Source: Octopus vulgaris
Taxonomy: Eukaryota
Length of the DNA: 64,000 bases
Assembly (NCBI GenBank): GCA_951406725.2
Contig: OX597823.1
Coordinates: 36,332,001 to 36,396,000 of the forward strand
Direction of reading: 5' to 3'
Every line of letters begins with the position of its first letter. Position 1 is the stretch's first letter. Positions 62,450-64,000 of the stretch are shown here, one piece after another. The translations under genes were made by a program, and so were the position numbers. The notes under the pieces were generated by a model. It ran no database searches. It worked only from the letters and a program-made list of their open reading frames with translations, and was not told the origin of the DNA.

Positions 62450-64000
62450 AGGAAGATCTAGGAGCGTCTTTCAAACAGTCAAAGATTTAGAAACATACTA
62501 ATTAAAGAATTTGATGAGAAGGTTAAGATAGAGACATATGACATAGAGGACAACTACAAGTGCTAGTGAGACAATCTACAGAGGGCTACAGACCAAATTT
62601 GTGGCTGGTGCAAAATTCCAGTCAGGTAAAGAGTGATTGAGTAGCAGAACAGGGAAGTAGACCGAGCAATATGAGTAAAGAAGTCAGGCTTGGAAGGTTT
62701 GGAAGAATGGTGGCAATCTGGTAGTTGGAAGAGAAGCTAGGTGACAGGTCTATTTAGTAAGGGGAAAGGCAGAAAAGAAGAGATTTGACAATGTTTTACA
62801 TCAGCGGTTCCCAACCTGGGGTCTGTGGACTCCTTGTGGCCCACAAAGGTAGTACTGGGTGTCCATGAACTACTAAATTCAAAATTTCGTATATATACAT
62901 ATATATATATATATATATAAGGATATTCTCATTGTTAAAGGGTCCATGTGAAAACTCATTTAAATAAAAGGGTTGGGACCCATTGTTCTACATCATGTAG
63001 ACCAAAGACATTAGGTATTCTTGATTGCAAAGAAGCGTATCATGTTGGAGAGAAGTGTGTATGGAAGAATAATTGCATGCTTGAACTTAGTGATTCTGAA
63101 GTGAAAGAGGCAGGGAAGTGCTATTATAAAAGGCTACTAAATGTAGAAAATAAATGGGAAACACAGAATCTTCTTAATGTGGATCTGACTGAGGGTCCAA
63201 CCATTCTTGTTGACAGTAGTATTTCAGATAAAGCAATAAAGAATATGAAGACAAGGAAAGCCCATGGTTCATCAAGAATTACCATTGAAATGGTTAAAAT
63301 ATCTGGCAGAATAGGATAGTCACCCTTATAGTTAATCAGGTTGTATAGGAAGGTATCATACCCAATGACTGATGTAACAGCATCATAGTAATCTGTTACA
63401 AAGGTGCTTTAGAGAGAAGTAATTATAAAGGAATCACATTCTGGAACAGGTTATGAAAGTCACTGAAAAATTCATAGCCCAGTTATTTAGGACGTGAGTT
63501 AACTCACATGAAATGCAATGTGGTTTTGTGTCAGTCAGAAGCACTTCTGCTGCTCTTTTTATAGTTTAGCAACTACAGAAGAAGAATTTAACAAAAAGTA
63601 AACCTCTGCACTTAGTGTTGTTGACCTGGAGAAAGCCTTGAGAGGCATTCAAGTTATGTACAGGGTAGCTGTTAGAAAAGTGAGAGATAGCAATAAGTAC
63701 AGTAATGAATTTAGTGTGCAAGTAGGTGTTCATCTGGGTTTAGTTAACAGTCCCCTCCTATCTATTATAATCCTCTTGGCCATAACAGGAATTTAAGATC
63801 AGTTGCCCATGGTACTTCCTCTATTTTGATGACCTTGTCCTTATCACTGAAAATGTAGATGAATTAGAGTTAAAATTCCAAGAATAGAAACAAAACCTGA
63901 AATCAAAAAGTCTTCAAGTTAACTTAGCAGATACCAAAGTTCTAGTTAGTAGGGGAAACAGGCAAGATGCTGATCTCTTTGAGAAAATTACTGTTTTATA
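62450..64000 (+). mobile_element. RTE LINE fragment, runs off the window
   Basis: YYKRLLNVEN, KAIKNMKTRKAHGSSRITIEMVK, IPND, NYKGI, VDLEKA, VGVHLG..SPLL, FDDLVLI. Confidence 0.85.
62802..62985. mobile_element. hAT (Charlie-like) MITE nested in the RTE LINE
   Basis: TIRs CAGCGGTTCCCAACC / GGTTGGGACCCATTG; 8-bp TSD TTTTACAT / TTCTACAT. Confidence 0.9.

Overview
AT-rich eukaryotic DNA, almost entirely non-coding and packed with decayed transposable elements and microsatellites. The repeat families (tRNA-headed SINEs with a CACCTTGGGCAAG core, MetaSINE-domain SINEs, RTE and Dong/R4 LINEs) suggest a cephalopod, probably Octopus (inference). No intact host ORF is recognisable. Elements supported by sequence: a Tc1 transposon, several RTE LINE fragments, an L1/Tx1 RT fragment, a gypsy (Mag-like) LTR retrotransposon with both LTRs and a TSD (32350-36363), a nest of Dong/R4 LINEs and SINEs in (TAA)n repeats (about 36.6-45.8 kb), Helitron pieces, a pogo element, and hAT and TTAA-type MITEs. 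Two CpG-retaining zones (about 27.7-31.5 kb and 55.2-56.2 kb) look like promoters. The first probably drives a minus-strand gene of unknown identity with a candidate 24-nt microexon. The most unusual signals are a repeat-spacer array of tRNA-Ser primer-binding sites inside the gypsy LTR, the opposite-polarity co-targeting of (TAA)n by SINEs and Dong LINEs, and two adjacent long inverted repeats. Boundaries of decayed repeats are approximate, and all translations and alignments were done by eye.
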